This document shows positions 45,159 through 55,431 of a stretch of DNA of 64,000 nucleotides, one piece after another. The stretch lies in NCBI GenBank assembly GCA_007376395.1, contig VMGE01000006.1, forward strand, positions 2,812 to 66,811. The letters are read 5' to 3'. Both the position numbers and the translations under genes were made by a program. The notes beneath the pieces are model-generated. The model was given only the letters and a program-made list of their open reading frames with translations, was not told the DNA's origin and did no database searches. This stretch comes from Microgenomates group bacterium Gr01-1014_5. GTDB lineage: Bacteria > Patescibacteriota > Microgenomatia > UBA8517 > UBA10165. How positions within the stretch are numbered: position 1 is the stretch's first letter; each line of letters begins with the position of its first letter.

Positions 45159-47875
45159 ATTAAATTTGTTACTAAATCTTGCGACAAGTTTGTATTATAA
45201 CCGATCGTGCCGTTTTCAGTCAAACTGGGAACAGGATAAGCCCCGACTTTCAAACTAGGTTTTGGCAAATTAATCCGTAAAACTACGGGTTCTGCGAACG
45301 TTCCCATTTGTTTTTGCCACAAAAAGACAAGCTCCCCTTCTTCGCTCTGTTCTCCGCTCTTACTCCTTAACACATCCCAAAGATAAACGATTTGCCTTTT
45401 TTGTCCTGTCGGAATTTCCACCATCGTCCCAAAAGACCTTTTTCCTTTATCGCTTCCTGTGTCTGGTGTTGTATTTTCTTGCAAACCATCCTCGGGATTA
45501 ACTACAGCAGATAAATTTAGTTTAGCGGTTGCAGGAACCATTAACCGCAGGTAGCTTTTATATACTTGCTGCGATTTGTTCTCAAGAGAAATTGTAAGTC
45601 TGTGTGAAAGAGTATTCTCTTTAATGTCGATTTCCAAAGCGTAAGATTTTTCTAAAAAGCGGCTGTTTTTATTCTTACCCAGATTTGCGTCAACTATTTG
45701 CAAATAATCCGTTGCGCAATCACCATACTTTTGCGCAATATCGCAAGACACGTTTCTTATACCCCCATCCCAACCATGTTCTGCTAAAATTGTCTTTACA
45801 CGGTTTGTGGTTGTCCAAAAGGCCAAATGTTTTTGTGTAGTATTTTTACTCAAACCAGAAAGTTCTAATATTTTTAATTCGCTAGGGTTGGTTAAAAGCC
45901 GCAAAACTTCCCTGTTAAGTTTCGCGTAATAATCTTCGTTTGATTTTTCCGAAGTTTGATAAATATTGTCTCTATTTATCCCCTCTCCGCTTTCAAGTTC
46001 AATGTCGCGATTTCCGGCAAGTAAGGTTTTGACAAACTCAAGGTCGTAGGCAATAACACCGTCGACTTTTTGCTCCAATTCTTTTTCTATAAACCAAGCG
46101 GCGCGCGCCGCTGATGTTGGAAAGTCAGCGCTCCAACCCGAAGAAGATAAGTTCCAATCAGTTAAATCGGTGTATTTTTTTAAGGGTTCTGGCGGGTCTA
46201 TCTGTCCTTTAAGCTGGCCATCGGCGACATTTGCACCCATTACCTCAAGATTAATTATCCGGCCTTTGTCAAAAGTAACCAAACCAAAAGAGTGTATTTT
46301 TCCCCCGCCGGGAGTAAGTTCTGTATTGTCTTGCAGTAACACTAAATAAGTCCTCTTGCCGTTCATTCCCAAAAGGTCGGGTAAAACCGGTAACAGCTCC
46401 TGGAAAAGTGTCAGGTTTGTCCTCGTCTCGTCTAGTTCTTTGTAAAACACTACCGTCTTTGTTCCGTAAAACGGCAAGGTAAAACTCAAGTCAGCGCCTT
46501 GCATCTCTGCCGCTAAAAATCCCGACTCCCGGGCTAGTGTTCCCGCGTCTGTTTGCGTATTTGCTAAAACTTCTCCGAAGGCAAAAGTTTCTTTCCCTAA
46601 TACCCCGTTGCGCAGTATCCCTACTTGTTCAATTAAGCTTGTGGTTTTTACGCCTAGTCTTGCGAACTGATTTAAGTTGTAGCTTTTTTTACTAAGGCCC
46701 TGGGCTTCGTTTTTCAAACCAGGAAGCGTTCCCCACGAAGGAAAAGTTTTAGTTGCCAACTCAAACCAAAAAGCAGACCGCTCAAACCATTCTGTAGAAA
46801 TTTTAATCTCACCTGATTTAAGAGCACTTTCGGCAAAGCCCAACTGGACAATCCCCAACCCTAACTGCAAGACAGGTAAGGCAAAAATCCAAAACAGGAC
46901 AGTTAGGCCAAAAAACGGCAAGGCAATCCATCTTGCCCCACGCTTCTTTTTTGGCGGACCATTCCAAAAACCAGCAACAGGTTTTAGGGTTGGACGAATC
47001 TGGACGGTAGACTCGTCAACCGACTGGACGGGTATTTTCATTTTGGGCAAGTGCCTGTCAAACCAAGAAAGTGTTTGTCTTATCCCCTCTTCAAGTGGTT
47101 TTTTTGCTTCCCAGCCAATAAGTTTACGGCCGGAATTCAGCAACTCGTCACTTACCATTTCTTCTTTTGTACCCCCTCCGGTTACAAATTCCGTCTCAAC
47201 ACCGCCAACCAGTTTTTTTAAGTACTCTGCAAAACTAAAAACTGAAGTTTTCTCTCCTGCAAAGGTAAAAAGCATACCCCTTGTTCCCGGGGAAACTTGT
47301 GCCTTCAAAACACCCTCGACAACGTCTTTTATGAAAACCGGGTAGACAAAATCCTCTCGATTACCTGCTACACGTATAGTTTTACGGCCAGCTGCTGCTG
47401 TGAGAATTTGATCCATTGGGCTGCGCGATAAAGACATGTTTGGCCCATAAACATCAAGCCAGTGCACACGGCGGAAATCTACGCCCTTCTTCAAAGAAGC
47501 ATCTTGAATATTTTTTTCTTCAACAGATTTTACACGCAACTCTGAACCAAACAAAAAACGCGCTCGTTTTTCAGCTGAGAAATTAACCAGTGTCGACGCC
47601 AGCTCGGAAAATTTTCTGTTTTCTGTTAAGAAAAAAACGTAGTCTACTCTCTCGATTTTAGGTAGAACATCGTCGACATTTTCAATATCGACATACACAA
47701 AATCTTCACTTATTAAGTTTTTCGTATTTTCGTTTGAGTCGCCAAGACAAATAACTTTTACGCTACGGGAAACCAGTTCACCGCAAAGGTGAGAAGCGAT
47801 AAAGCTAGCATCTCCAACAACTAAGGCAAGAGGTTTCGCGTTATTAAAAAAATCAGGAGGGAGAAAGATGGGCAT
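45143..47875 (-). CDS. NAD-dependent epimerase-like domain fused to DUF4012
   Basis: LVVGDASFIASHL, VYGP in the N-terminus; TM; YLVLLQDNTEL.PGGG, WSADFPTSA. Confidence 0.75.
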   Translation of the reverse strand: MPIFLPPDFFNNAKPLALVVGDASFIASHLCGELVSRSVKVICLGDSNENTKNLISEDFVYVDIENVDDVLPKIERVDYVFFLTENRKFSELASTLVNFSAEKRARFLFGSELRVKSVEEKNIQDASLKKGVDFRRVHWLDVYGPNMSLSRSPMDQILTAAAGRKTIRVAGNREDFVYPVFIKDVVEGVLKAQVSPGTRGMLFTFAGEKTSVFSFAEYLKKLVGGVETEFVTGGGTKEEMVSDELLNSGRKLIGWEAKKPLEEGIRQTLSWFDRHLPKMKIPVQSVDESTVQIRPTLKPVAGFWNGPPKKKRGARWIALPFFGLTVLFWIFALPVLQLGLGIVQLGFAESALKSGEIKISTEWFERSAFWFELATKTFPSWGTLPGLKNEAQGLSKKSYNLNQFARLGVKTTSLIEQVGILRNGVLGKETFAFGEVLANTQTDAGTLARESGFLAAEMQGADLSFTLPFYGTKTVVFYKELDETRTNLTLFQELLPVLPDLLGMNGKRTYLVLLQDNTELTPGGGKIHSFGLVTFDKGRIINLEVMGANVADGQLKGQIDPPEPLKKYTDLTDWNLSSSGWSADFPTSAARAAWFIEKELEQKVDGVIAYDLEFVKTLLAGNRDIELESGEGINRDNIYQTSEKSNEDYYAKLNREVLRLLTNPSELKILELSGLSKNTTQKHLAFWTTTNRVKTILAEHGWDGGIRNVSCDIAQKYGDCATDYLQIVDANLGKNKNSRFLEKSYALEIDIKENTLSHRLTISLENKSQQVYKSYLRLMVPATAKLNLSAVVNPEDGLQENTTPDTGSDKGKRSFGTMVEIPTGQKRQIVYLWDVLRSKSGEQSEEGELVFLWQKQMGTFAEPVVLRINLPKPSLKVGAYPVPSLTENGTIGYNTNLSQDLVTNLIWQPK

Positions 47876-48007
47876 TACACTTAATATTATCTTTTTTCAC
47901 CGCAACATTTCAATTGTCAGTGAATATAAAAATTGAGGACAAAATTTCTCCGCAACTGTGTTATGACGCGTAAGATGTGAAAGTTAGATACATTTGACAT
48001 GCGCTTT

Positions 48008-48421
48008 TCACCCGGTAAATTCACCGTCGAGAATTTGATTAACTAAAGTGTCTGCCTCACGGTTTTGGGCGCGGGGAACATTTCTGTAAACTATTTTTTG
48101 TCCAATATCTTTTTCCAGCTTCTTTGCCGTTTGTGCAAGTTTTTGTAAAGTTAAGTTCTTAATTTTATAAATACCGTTTAACTGGTTAACGATTAGTTGC
48201 GAGTCGAGGACAAAAACAAGTGACTGGTCTGTGGGATTATCTGTAACCCACAACAGTGCTTCAATAACGGCTGAGTATTCGGCAACGTTGTTGGTGGCGA
48301 CTCCTAAAAGTTTCCCCGATTTATAAATCACTTTTCCGCCGACGGTGACTACAAAAGCTGCTGCGGCGCGTCCTGGGTTACCGCGGCTGGCGCCGTCACA
48401 ATGAATAATTATTCCGCCCAT
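48008..48421 (-). CDS. rnhA: Ribonuclease HI
   Basis: CDGASRGNPG, TNNVAEY, DSQL, NREAD. Confidence 0.92.
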   Translation of the reverse strand: MGGIIIHCDGASRGNPGRAAAAFVVTVGGKVIYKSGKLLGVATNNVAEYSAVIEALLWVTDNPTDQSLVFVLDSQLIVNQLNGIYKIKNLTLQKLAQTAKKLEKDIGQKIVYRNVPRAQNREADTLVNQILDGEFTG

Positions 48422-48422
48422 G

Positions 48423-49718
48423 TTAAATTTTCTTTTTTACTAATTCTAAAAATGTTTTTGGGAAAGAGGTGACAGACGGCAAAACGCCAAGACTTTTCCA
48501 AATCACCAAAGTAGATATTAACAAAACTAAAACCTCTGTTGCAACGGTTGCATATGCCGCCGCTGTAAACGAGTATTGCCGGACAAACATTAAATTGACT
48601 AAAACATTAAAACTAAGTGCGGTAAGGGCTATTGCTAGTGAGATTTTTTGACGTCCTGCGGCAATGAGCGAAAATCCCGTTAAGTGGTTAAAATACGCAA
48701 TAAAAGCCGCAACGCTTAATATTCTTAAGACTCCGGTTGCCGGGTTATTTGCAGAGCCGGCAAGGATTCCGACGATTACAGGTGCAAAAATAAAAATTAG
48801 TAAAAACGCCGACAGGGCAAATAGTAATAGTAAGTCGAAGGCTTTTTGATAATAAATCGCAATCTTGTTTGATTTTTCGGCAAACTCCCGGGCCAAATGG
48901 GGGAATATGGCGTTCATTAAAAATGCCGCTCCCAGGACTGCGTTGTCGTAAACTTTATACGCCAAGGCATAAGGAGCGACTTCTGCGTTCCCTTGAAAAT
49001 ACTGCAGAATAACGATATCAATACGGTTGTAAAGAGAAAAGGTAATAAGCAGTGCTCCTGTGGGAATAGCCGCCGAAGAGACAGACTTAATAATTTTCCA
49101 GTCAAGCGTCCAGTTTATCCGGGAAACTTTTCCAGCTAAAAACATGCCAATTACCCCAACGACAATAGTTGCCAAAACCCAGGCAAACATTATGAAATTT
49201 AAATTTACAGGGGAGAGATAGACAAACAACAGAACCAGAATCAGAAAAACCAAGGATGCTAAAAAATCAACAACTGCCGACAGTTCAAGACGGAAAAGGG
49301 TTTGAAAAATCATTTGCGCAGAAGTTTTAAATGATAAAAAAAGCAAGACAAAAGAGGCGATTGTTGTTGGGGTAATCAGGTTTTGCCAAGCAGGGTTAGC
49401 GCGAACAAAGACGTTGACAAGCAGAAAACTAACAACAGCTAAAACAAAACGGAAAATAATTAAACTGCCAAAAATCTCGGGTTGTTTTTCTTTTTCTTGG
49501 GACGCTTGTTTGACGGTAATAATATTTGTACCCCAGTCTGAGATATGAGCAAAGAGGAGTACTAAAGCAGATATAAAAGAGTAAGCGCCAAACCCATCGT
49601 CTTTTAATAATCGGTATAAAACAGCCGTTAAAACAACCGAGACAAGAACCGTACCAAGCCTGCTTAATCCTTGGGCGAGAGTATTTTTCAAGACACCGGA
49701 AAAAACTTGCATTACCAA
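48423..49718 (-). CDS. Wzx-type polysaccharide flippase
   Basis: Multi-TM; FGAYSF, YNRIDIVIL, AAYATVATE. Confidence 0.85.
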   Translation of the reverse strand: MVMQVFSGVLKNTLAQGLSRLGTVLVSVVLTAVLYRLLKDDGFGAYSFISALVLLFAHISDWGTNIITVKQASQEKEKQPEIFGSLIIFRFVLAVVSFLLVNVFVRANPAWQNLITPTTIASFVLLFLSFKTSAQMIFQTLFRLELSAVVDFLASLVFLILVLLFVYLSPVNLNFIMFAWVLATIVVGVIGMFLAGKVSRINWTLDWKIIKSVSSAAIPTGALLITFSLYNRIDIVILQYFQGNAEVAPYALAYKVYDNAVLGAAFLMNAIFPHLAREFAEKSNKIAIYYQKAFDLLLLFALSAFLLIFIFAPVIVGILAGSANNPATGVLRILSVAAFIAYFNHLTGFSLIAAGRQKISLAIALTALSFNVLVNLMFVRQYSFTAAAYATVATEVLVLLISTLVIWKSLGVLPSVTSFPKTFLELVKKKI

Positions 49719-49772
49719 TACAGGATATATGATTCTAGGACGATTGGGGAGTACCGTCTAAAAAATTACCCG

Positions 49773-49852
49773 CGGGGCTTTACCCCGTTAGAAGCCTAAT
49801 TTCTCGAGAGACTGGCAAGAACAGACCCCTTTGTTTCTAACGGGGCTTTACC
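49773..49852. mobile_element. 68-bp palindromic insertion with 12-bp direct repeat at the jag 3' end
   Basis: CGGGGCTTTACC at 49773 and 49841; IR CCCCGTTAGAA/TTCTAACGGGG. Confidence 0.7.
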
Positions 49853-50298
49853 ACTAAATGCCGCTCTCTTCCTTCGCCTTCTGATTCGGTGATTATTTGC
49901 GGGTCTTCTGACAAAACCATGTGTACGAAGCGCCTTTGTGAAGAAGTTAGGTCGTAAATCGTATAAGGGTCTCCGGTTTGTTTAACACGTTCCGCGGCCT
50001 GCTCAGCCATGCTTTTTAACATCTCCTGTTGTTTGGTTCTGTAATCTCCGGTGTCCACCAATACTCTTTGCCATTCTCCGGTTTGCCTTTGCAGAATTTG
50101 CCCCAAGACAACTTGAAAAGCAGAGATTGTTTCGCCGTGCCTGCCAATCAAAATCCCTGCATCGTCGGTTGTAATATTTACCGACAAAGCCTCGTTTTCT
50201 TTATCCTCGCCAACCACAACACTCCCCTTAACGCCTAGTAAATCCAGGAGTTTTTGGGCTGTCTTTTTAATTTCGGTTTTGCTGTCCTTTGCCGCCAT
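49837..50298 (-). CDS. jag: Jag/EloR (KH plus R3H) RNA-binding protein
   Basis: GILIGRHGET, RRFVH, TESEGEG; synteny with yidC. Confidence 0.9.
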   Translation of the reverse strand: MAAKDSKTEIKKTAQKLLDLLGVKGSVVVGEDKENEALSVNITTDDAGILIGRHGETISAFQVVLGQILQRQTGEWQRVLVDTGDYRTKQQEMLKSMAEQAAERVKQTGDPYTIYDLTSSQRRFVHMVLSEDPQIITESEGEGRERHLVVKPR

Positions 50299-50366
50299 TA
50301 TGAGGATTTTATGGCAAATCTAAGTAGTATGCAATACAAGATGCCATACAATAGATCTGTCAAGAT

Positions 50367-51161
50367 CTATTTTACCAGATTTAGGCGTGTAAGCCAAGGG
50401 GTAAGGCCTCCCCAGCCAGAAGCGTAATATTGCTGGATAGTTTGAGCTAAAGAAAGAGCTGTCCAATAAAGCACTAAACCTGAAGCAAAACTAACACCCA
50501 CAAAAAGTGTCATTAGAGGAAAAAGGTAAAGCGCTTGTTTTTGGAATGACGCCATCATATCGTCGGTTCCTTCTTTTGTTTTCTTGGCTATCTTTTCCGC
50601 CTTTTTAATTTCTGGCATCATTATTAAAGCAGACAAAAATTGCACGATTGCTGAGAAAATAAGGAGCGGTCCTGGGAGGGGAATAGGCAAACCGGGAACC
50701 CGGAAAACATCGGGCTGGGTTAAATCCAGATAAAAAAACTTAGTCTGAACAGGTTCGCTCAAATGCAATCCTGAATAAGCAAACTTGTTTAAACTTTCTG
50801 TTGGATTGCTTGTCGCAAACATGCCAAACACGCCAACTAAGGCAAACAACACTACCAGTTGGATTATCTGCGGCAAACAGCCGGCCGCCGGATTTACGCC
50901 GTGCGTTTTATAAAGATCGGCCTGCGCCTGCATTAGTTTTGTCTTATCACCCTTGTGGCGTATTTTTAACTTTTCCAACTCTGGGGCCAGTTCTTTCATT
51001 CTTTGCATGGCTTTCATTGATGGATGGGTTAGGGGAAGCATAATTAGTTTTATAGCAACCGTGAGGGTAATAATTGCCCAACCTAAACTGCCGGTCAGTT
51101 GGTAAAACACCAAAAGACCGTTAACAAGAGGACCGACAAATATGGTTTGCCAAATATTCAT
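50367..51161 (-). CDS. yidC: Membrane protein insertase YidC
   Basis: GWAIITLT, NPAAGCLP, GLVLYW. Confidence 0.95.
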   Translation of the reverse strand: MNIWQTIFVGPLVNGLLVFYQLTGSLGWAIITLTVAIKLIMLPLTHPSMKAMQRMKELAPELEKLKIRHKGDKTKLMQAQADLYKTHGVNPAAGCLPQIIQLVVLFALVGVFGMFATSNPTESLNKFAYSGLHLSEPVQTKFFYLDLTQPDVFRVPGLPIPLPGPLLIFSAIVQFLSALIMMPEIKKAEKIAKKTKEGTDDMMASFQKQALYLFPLMTLFVGVSFASGLVLYWTALSLAQTIQQYYASGWGGLTPWLTRLNLVK

Positions 51162-51201
51162 AAGTTAGGTTGTAGGGAATAGGGTATAGCGAATAAAGAT
51201 C

Positions 51202-51405
51202 TTATCTACAATTCAATATTCTAACTAATCCCAAACTTAATCCTTTAGTTATTCCGTTTTTTTTGACTGCCTCATATGTATATTGCGAACAAGTAGGGAA
51301 GTGGCGGCACACTGGGCGGCCAAAGACCAGAAACCTGCCCAACCCGGTGTCAAACGATAAATACTTTTGATATAGCCTAATTAAAAATAATACAATTTTT
51401 GACAT
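51202..51405 (-). CDS. yidD: Membrane protein insertion efficiency factor YidD
   Basis: IRLYQ, CRHFPTCSQY, RILNC. Confidence 0.92.
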   Translation of the reverse strand: MSKIVLFLIRLYQKYLSFDTGLGRFLVFGRPVCRHFPTCSQYTYEAVKKNGITKGLSLGLVRILNCR

Positions 51406-51412
51406 ACAAAAA

Positions 51413-51745
51413 TTAAGACACTTTCGTTAAAACTTCCCGGGCGTCTTTGTTTAAAACCCCGTGTGTTTGCAGATTTGCCTGAGGTTTGGCCAAAAACACC
51501 CCAAGTATACCACTTGGGAGATTTTCCAACATTTCTTGGGCTGCGGCACGTGCGGCCCGCCTTATCTTATTTCTCTCTACAGCTTTTTTTGAAATTTTGT
51601 TTGAAACAATCATACCCACCCTTTTTTCCGGCTTTTCTGTGATTATGTAAGAGAACGCATAATATTTTGTGTGTTGAATTTTACCCTGCTTTAACACAGT
51701 TTGAAAATCAGCTTTAAGAGTTAAACGGTTTTTTTTAGGAAGCAT
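51413..51745 (-). CDS. rnpA: RNase P protein component
   Basis: MLPKKNRL, VSNKISKKAVERNKIRR. Confidence 0.93.
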   Translation of the reverse strand: MLPKKNRLTLKADFQTVLKQGKIQHTKYYAFSYIITEKPEKRVGMIVSNKISKKAVERNKIRRAARAAAQEMLENLPSGILGVFLAKPQANLQTHGVLNKDAREVLTKVS

Positions 51746-51746
51746 T

Positions 51747-51884
51747 TCAAGAGGAGAGTTTTTTTCGGCCGACCTTGCGCCTGCTTTTTAAAACCCGGCG
51801 GCCGTTCTTTGTTTTCGAGCGCGCGCGATATCCAAGAGCTCTCTTGCGGGATATCTTTTTTCCTTTAAAGGTTCTCTTTGGCAT
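51747..51884 (-). CDS. rpmH: 50S ribosomal protein bL34
   Basis: Manual translation [45 protein letters not shown]; synteny. Confidence 0.93.
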   Translation of the reverse strand: MPKRTFKGKKISRKRALGYRARSKTKNGRRVLKSRRKVGRKKLSS

Positions 51885-52087
51885 ATCTCTCCAATTTTAC
51901 ATCTTTAAACAAAACTAATGCAACCTTAAACACGCCTTTCGTATATTTTCGGGGTTGACGCCATTGTGGATAACTTATATATTAGTGTATAGTTTTTAGT
52001 TGTTAGCGGATAGGCTCCTACCCCATACTTCCTGTCTAATTTTATAGTCTCCTACAACCTAAACGCTATTAGCTAAAACCTAAAAAC

Positions 52088-53476
52088 ATGGACACTCAAA
52101 AACTTTGGAAAGATGTACTTGAAACAATTAAAGTTTCTGTTTCGGGAGCTAACTATTCTACTTGGTTGTCCCAAACTTTTATTATTTCAGTCAAACCAGT
52201 AGGAGAAACAGGTCTACCTGCCGATAGGCAGGTCGTCGAAATCGGCTGTCCAAACGCTTTTATTGCCGACGGGTTGGAAAAAAGGTATTTTACGCTTATC
52301 CAAGACTCTCTAAACCAGGTTACGGGTATAAAAAACGAGGTAGTCTTCAGTGTTCAACAAATCCAAAATGAAACAAAAAAAACAATTGAGTCTCCTTTGT
52401 TTTCCCAAAATTTACAAAGTGAAGAAAAATCTTTAGAAGACGATTTAAAAAAAGCACGAATCCGCCCAGGGTTTACTTTCGAAAACTTTGCCGTCTCCTC
52501 GTCAAACCAAATGGCCCACGCCGCGGCCGATGCTGTTTCTAAAAACATCGGGAACGCCTACAACCCTTTGTTTTTTTGGGGAGGAGTGGGTATAGGAAAA
52601 ACCCATTTAATGCTGGCAATAGGCAACTATTTTTTGCGCCACAATCCTGACGGAAAGGCACTTTACGTTATGGGTGAAGAATTTACAACAGAGATTGTAG
52701 AAGCCATTAGAAATAAAAATACACAAGAGTTCAAAAAAAGATACCGCAGTTTAAAGCTTTTAATGCTTGACGATGTACAATTTATCGCTGGAAAAGAAAA
52801 GGTGCAAGAAGAATTTTTTCACACCTTCAACACTATTCTGCGCGAAGGGGGACAGGTGGTATTAACTTCTGACCGGCCTCCAACAGAAATTCAAAAATTA
52901 GAAGACCGCTTAAGAAACAGGTTTGAAGCAGGGATGATTGTCGACATTTCTCCTCCTGATTTTGAGTTAAGAACGGCGATTTCTTTAATTAAAGCCCAAC
53001 AAAAGGGGATGATGTTAGACATGGATGTGGCCCAAGCCATCGCCGCCAACATAGACAACCCGCGCAAAATCGAGGGTTTTTTGACAAGACTACTTGCCGA
53101 AACCAATAGTTTTAAAGAAAAGATTACGATAGAGCTTGTTAATAAAATCTTAGGGAAAACAAACGGCGTCTTAATTACTCCCCAAAGAAAAGCAACACTG
53201 CCGCAAGAGCTCATCGACGCTGTTTGTGATTATTTTTCTTTAGGAAAAAGAAAACTCCTTAGCGATACACGCACGCGTCCCGTTGCCCACCCGCGGCAAA
53301 TCCTTATGTATCTCTTACGTGTTGAACTTGGCCTGCCTTTACAAGAAGTTGGTAGGCTTGTTGGAGGACGCGACCACACCACCGTTATGCACGCTGTGGG
53401 CAAGATATCTACAAACTTATCCACAAACGGCGGGTTGAGGGATGATATTTTGGGGATAAAAAAATACATTTCTTGA
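52088..53476 (+). CDS. dnaA: Chromosomal replication initiator DnaA
   Basis: YNPLF, GGVGIGKTHL, DDVQF, QEEFFHTFN, GGRDHTTV. Confidence 0.98.
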   Translation: MDTQKLWKDVLETIKVSVSGANYSTWLSQTFIISVKPVGETGLPADRQVVEIGCPNAFIADGLEKRYFTLIQDSLNQVTGIKNEVVFSVQQIQNETKKTIESPLFSQNLQSEEKSLEDDLKKARIRPGFTFENFAVSSSNQMAHAAADAVSKNIGNAYNPLFFWGGVGIGKTHLMLAIGNYFLRHNPDGKALYVMGEEFTTEIVEAIRNKNTQEFKKRYRSLKLLMLDDVQFIAGKEKVQEEFFHTFNTILREGGQVVLTSDRPPTEIQKLEDRLRNRFEAGMIVDISPPDFELRTAISLIKAQQKGMMLDMDVAQAIAANIDNPRKIEGFLTRLLAETNSFKEKITIELVNKILGKTNGVLITPQRKATLPQELIDAVCDYFSLGKRKLLSDTRTRPVAHPRQILMYLLRVELGLPLQEVGRLVGGRDHTTVMHAVGKISTNLSTNGGLRDDILGIKKYIS

Positions 53477-53731
53477 TAAATTATGGATAACTTTAAGAGT
53501 TATGAACAGGGAGTTCAAATGGTTAACATTTTTATACAGAAATTGTGCTTCTTGCTTTCAACAATAAAAAAGGCGAAAATCAAAGCTGTTGTCCACTTGT
53601 CCACACAACACTACTACAACTACTAGTTAATAATACAGTGAATAGGAAGTAACAAACAGCAAGTAGAAAATCGAATATCTATAATATATTGACCGTAAAC
53701 CCTATAAACTGTACGCTATGCGCTAAGAGCT
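53417..53731. other. oriC with DnaA boxes and DnaA-trios
   Basis: TTATCCACA 53417, TATGGATAA 53482, TTGTCCACA 53597, then CTACTACAACTACTA 53611-53625; also TGTGGATAA at 51965. Confidence 0.85.
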
Positions 53732-54835
53732 ATGAAAGTAAAAGTTTTACAAGAAGATTTACTAAAAGGTTTAAGTTGTGTCTCGCGTTTTGTTTCAGTA
53801 CGGGCACAGCTTCCTGTTTTGTCAAACATTCTTCTAAAAGCCGAGAAAGGGAAACTTAAACTAGGAGCTACAAATTTAGAAACGGGAATTGTTTTTGAGG
53901 TAGGCGCAAAAGTAGAAGAAGACGGACTACTTACCGTACCTGCAAAAGTTTTACTCGAACTAACGGCTAATTTACCCCCAGGACAAATCACTCTATCCTC
54001 AGAACAAGAGCAGTTAAAAGTGTCTTCTGGTTCGTTCCAAGCCCAACTATCCGGAATTTTAGCTTCTGAATTTCCTTCCATTCCAGACAAACTAGACCAC
54101 ACAGATTTCACCATCTCTGGAGATGTATTGCAGTTAATTAATAAACAAGTGGTCTTTGCCGCGGCCCAAGATGACTCTAGGCCTATTTTAACCGGAGTTC
54201 TGTTTAAATTTTCTGAAGATAATTTAAGAGCTGTAGCCACAGACGGATTTAGGCTTTCATCCAAAGAGCTCGTTTTTAAAAAAATAGCCGCAGACAAAAA
54301 AACCTTACTTGTACCAGCCAAACTTTTAGACGAGCTCTACAAAATAGTAGGAGGACAGGAGATAAAAGTCGCACTCATGGAGCGCGAAAAACAAATAATG
54401 TCAGAAGCCGAGTCTTTGGTGCTTACGGGGAGGCTTTTGGAAGGGGACTACCCGGATTTTGAAAGAATTATCCCCAAAAACACTCCTCATAAAGCAAGCG
54501 TCGACAGGGAGGCTTTTGTCCGTGCTATACGCGCAGCGGCTGTTTTTGCCCGTGAGGCCTCCGGTATTATTAAATTGGTCATGGAAAAAGACAAGATTAT
54601 AGTTGTCGCCGAAAGTCCTCAATACGGTCGTGAAGAGTCGGAAGTAGAGGCGAGGGTTGAAGAGGGAGGAATTACAATAGCTTTTAACTACCGCTATATA
54701 CTTGATTTTTTAAATTCAGTCACCGGTCAGGAAATATCAATAGAAACCGAAGGGCCAACAGCACCTGGTGTTTTTCGCGACACAAAAGACCCGTCTTATC
54801 TTCATTTGATTATGCCGTTCAAGATTCAAAACTAA
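53732..54835 (+). CDS. dnaN: DNA polymerase III beta sliding clamp
   Basis: ATNLE, SRPILTGV, VATDGFRLS, GDYPDF, LIMP. Confidence 0.97.
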   Translation: MKVKVLQEDLLKGLSCVSRFVSVRAQLPVLSNILLKAEKGKLKLGATNLETGIVFEVGAKVEEDGLLTVPAKVLLELTANLPPGQITLSSEQEQLKVSSGSFQAQLSGILASEFPSIPDKLDHTDFTISGDVLQLINKQVVFAAAQDDSRPILTGVLFKFSEDNLRAVATDGFRLSSKELVFKKIAADKKTLLVPAKLLDELYKIVGGQEIKVALMEREKQIMSEAESLVLTGRLLEGDYPDFERIIPKNTPHKASVDREAFVRAIRAAAVFAREASGIIKLVMEKDKIIVVAESPQYGREESEVEARVEEGGITIAFNYRYILDFLNSVTGQEISIETEGPTAPGVFRDTKDPSYLHLIMPFKIQN

Positions 54836-55431
54836 TAACCGTCGGGAGAAAAATCAATTGTTAAGTCTTTCCCCCAAACTGCTAAAAATTGCTCCATAGT
54901 TTGAGGGGAGAAATACCAGGACTCGTAAATTAAACCAGAATCTTCATGAGCAACAACGACAACTCCGCGCCCTGCCCAAACATAAGTTTTAAAACCAACG
55001 CTTTTATGCTCTCCCCAAAACTCTCTCTCTGAAGGTCCGTATTTTTGCCGGAACGAGGCGATGTTTCCATTTCCTAAAATACGGTCTTTAATAAGAACAG
55101 TACTTGTTCCTGAGAATAAAACCTCATGCTCTGGTCCGTCGCTTTGGCTAGGGTAGAGAAACTTAAGATAATCTCCTTCAGGCACTACTGTTTTAGGCTC
55201 TCCTAGTTTTTGCCTGACCTGTTCTGTCGTTGTTGTTCCGGGAGTTATTTCGTTCCAGGAGGGTGTAGGAGGCGGCGTGGGGGTTTGAACCATTTCTTGC
55301 GGTTTAGAAAGAAAGATTTTTGCCAAGACGACAATCGTAGCCATAAAAGCCAAAAGAATCAGGAGCCAATTTCTTTTTAAAAAACTGGGCTTTTTTTGTT
55401 CGGTACTTTGGTTTTGAAAAGTGTTTTCCAT
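54832..55431 (-). CDS. Membrane-anchored hypothetical protein
   Basis: N-terminal TM; ITPGTTT.EQV..KLGEP. Confidence 0.7.
   Translation of the reverse strand: MENTFQNQSTEQKKPSFLKRNWLLILLAFMATIVVLAKIFLSKPQEMVQTPTPPPTPSWNEITPGTTTTEQVRQKLGEPKTVVPEGDYLKFLYPSQSDGPEHEVLFSGTSTVLIKDRILGNGNIASFRQKYGPSEREFWGEHKSVGFKTYVWAGRGVVVVAHEDSGLIYESWYFSPQTMEQFLAVWGKDLTIDFSPDGY

Noticed and set aside
47876-48007. Possible ncRNA with repeated CCGCAAC
   Set aside because: Largely explained by a TTGAAA-18-TAATAT promoter for the downstream minus-strand gene; no convincing structure
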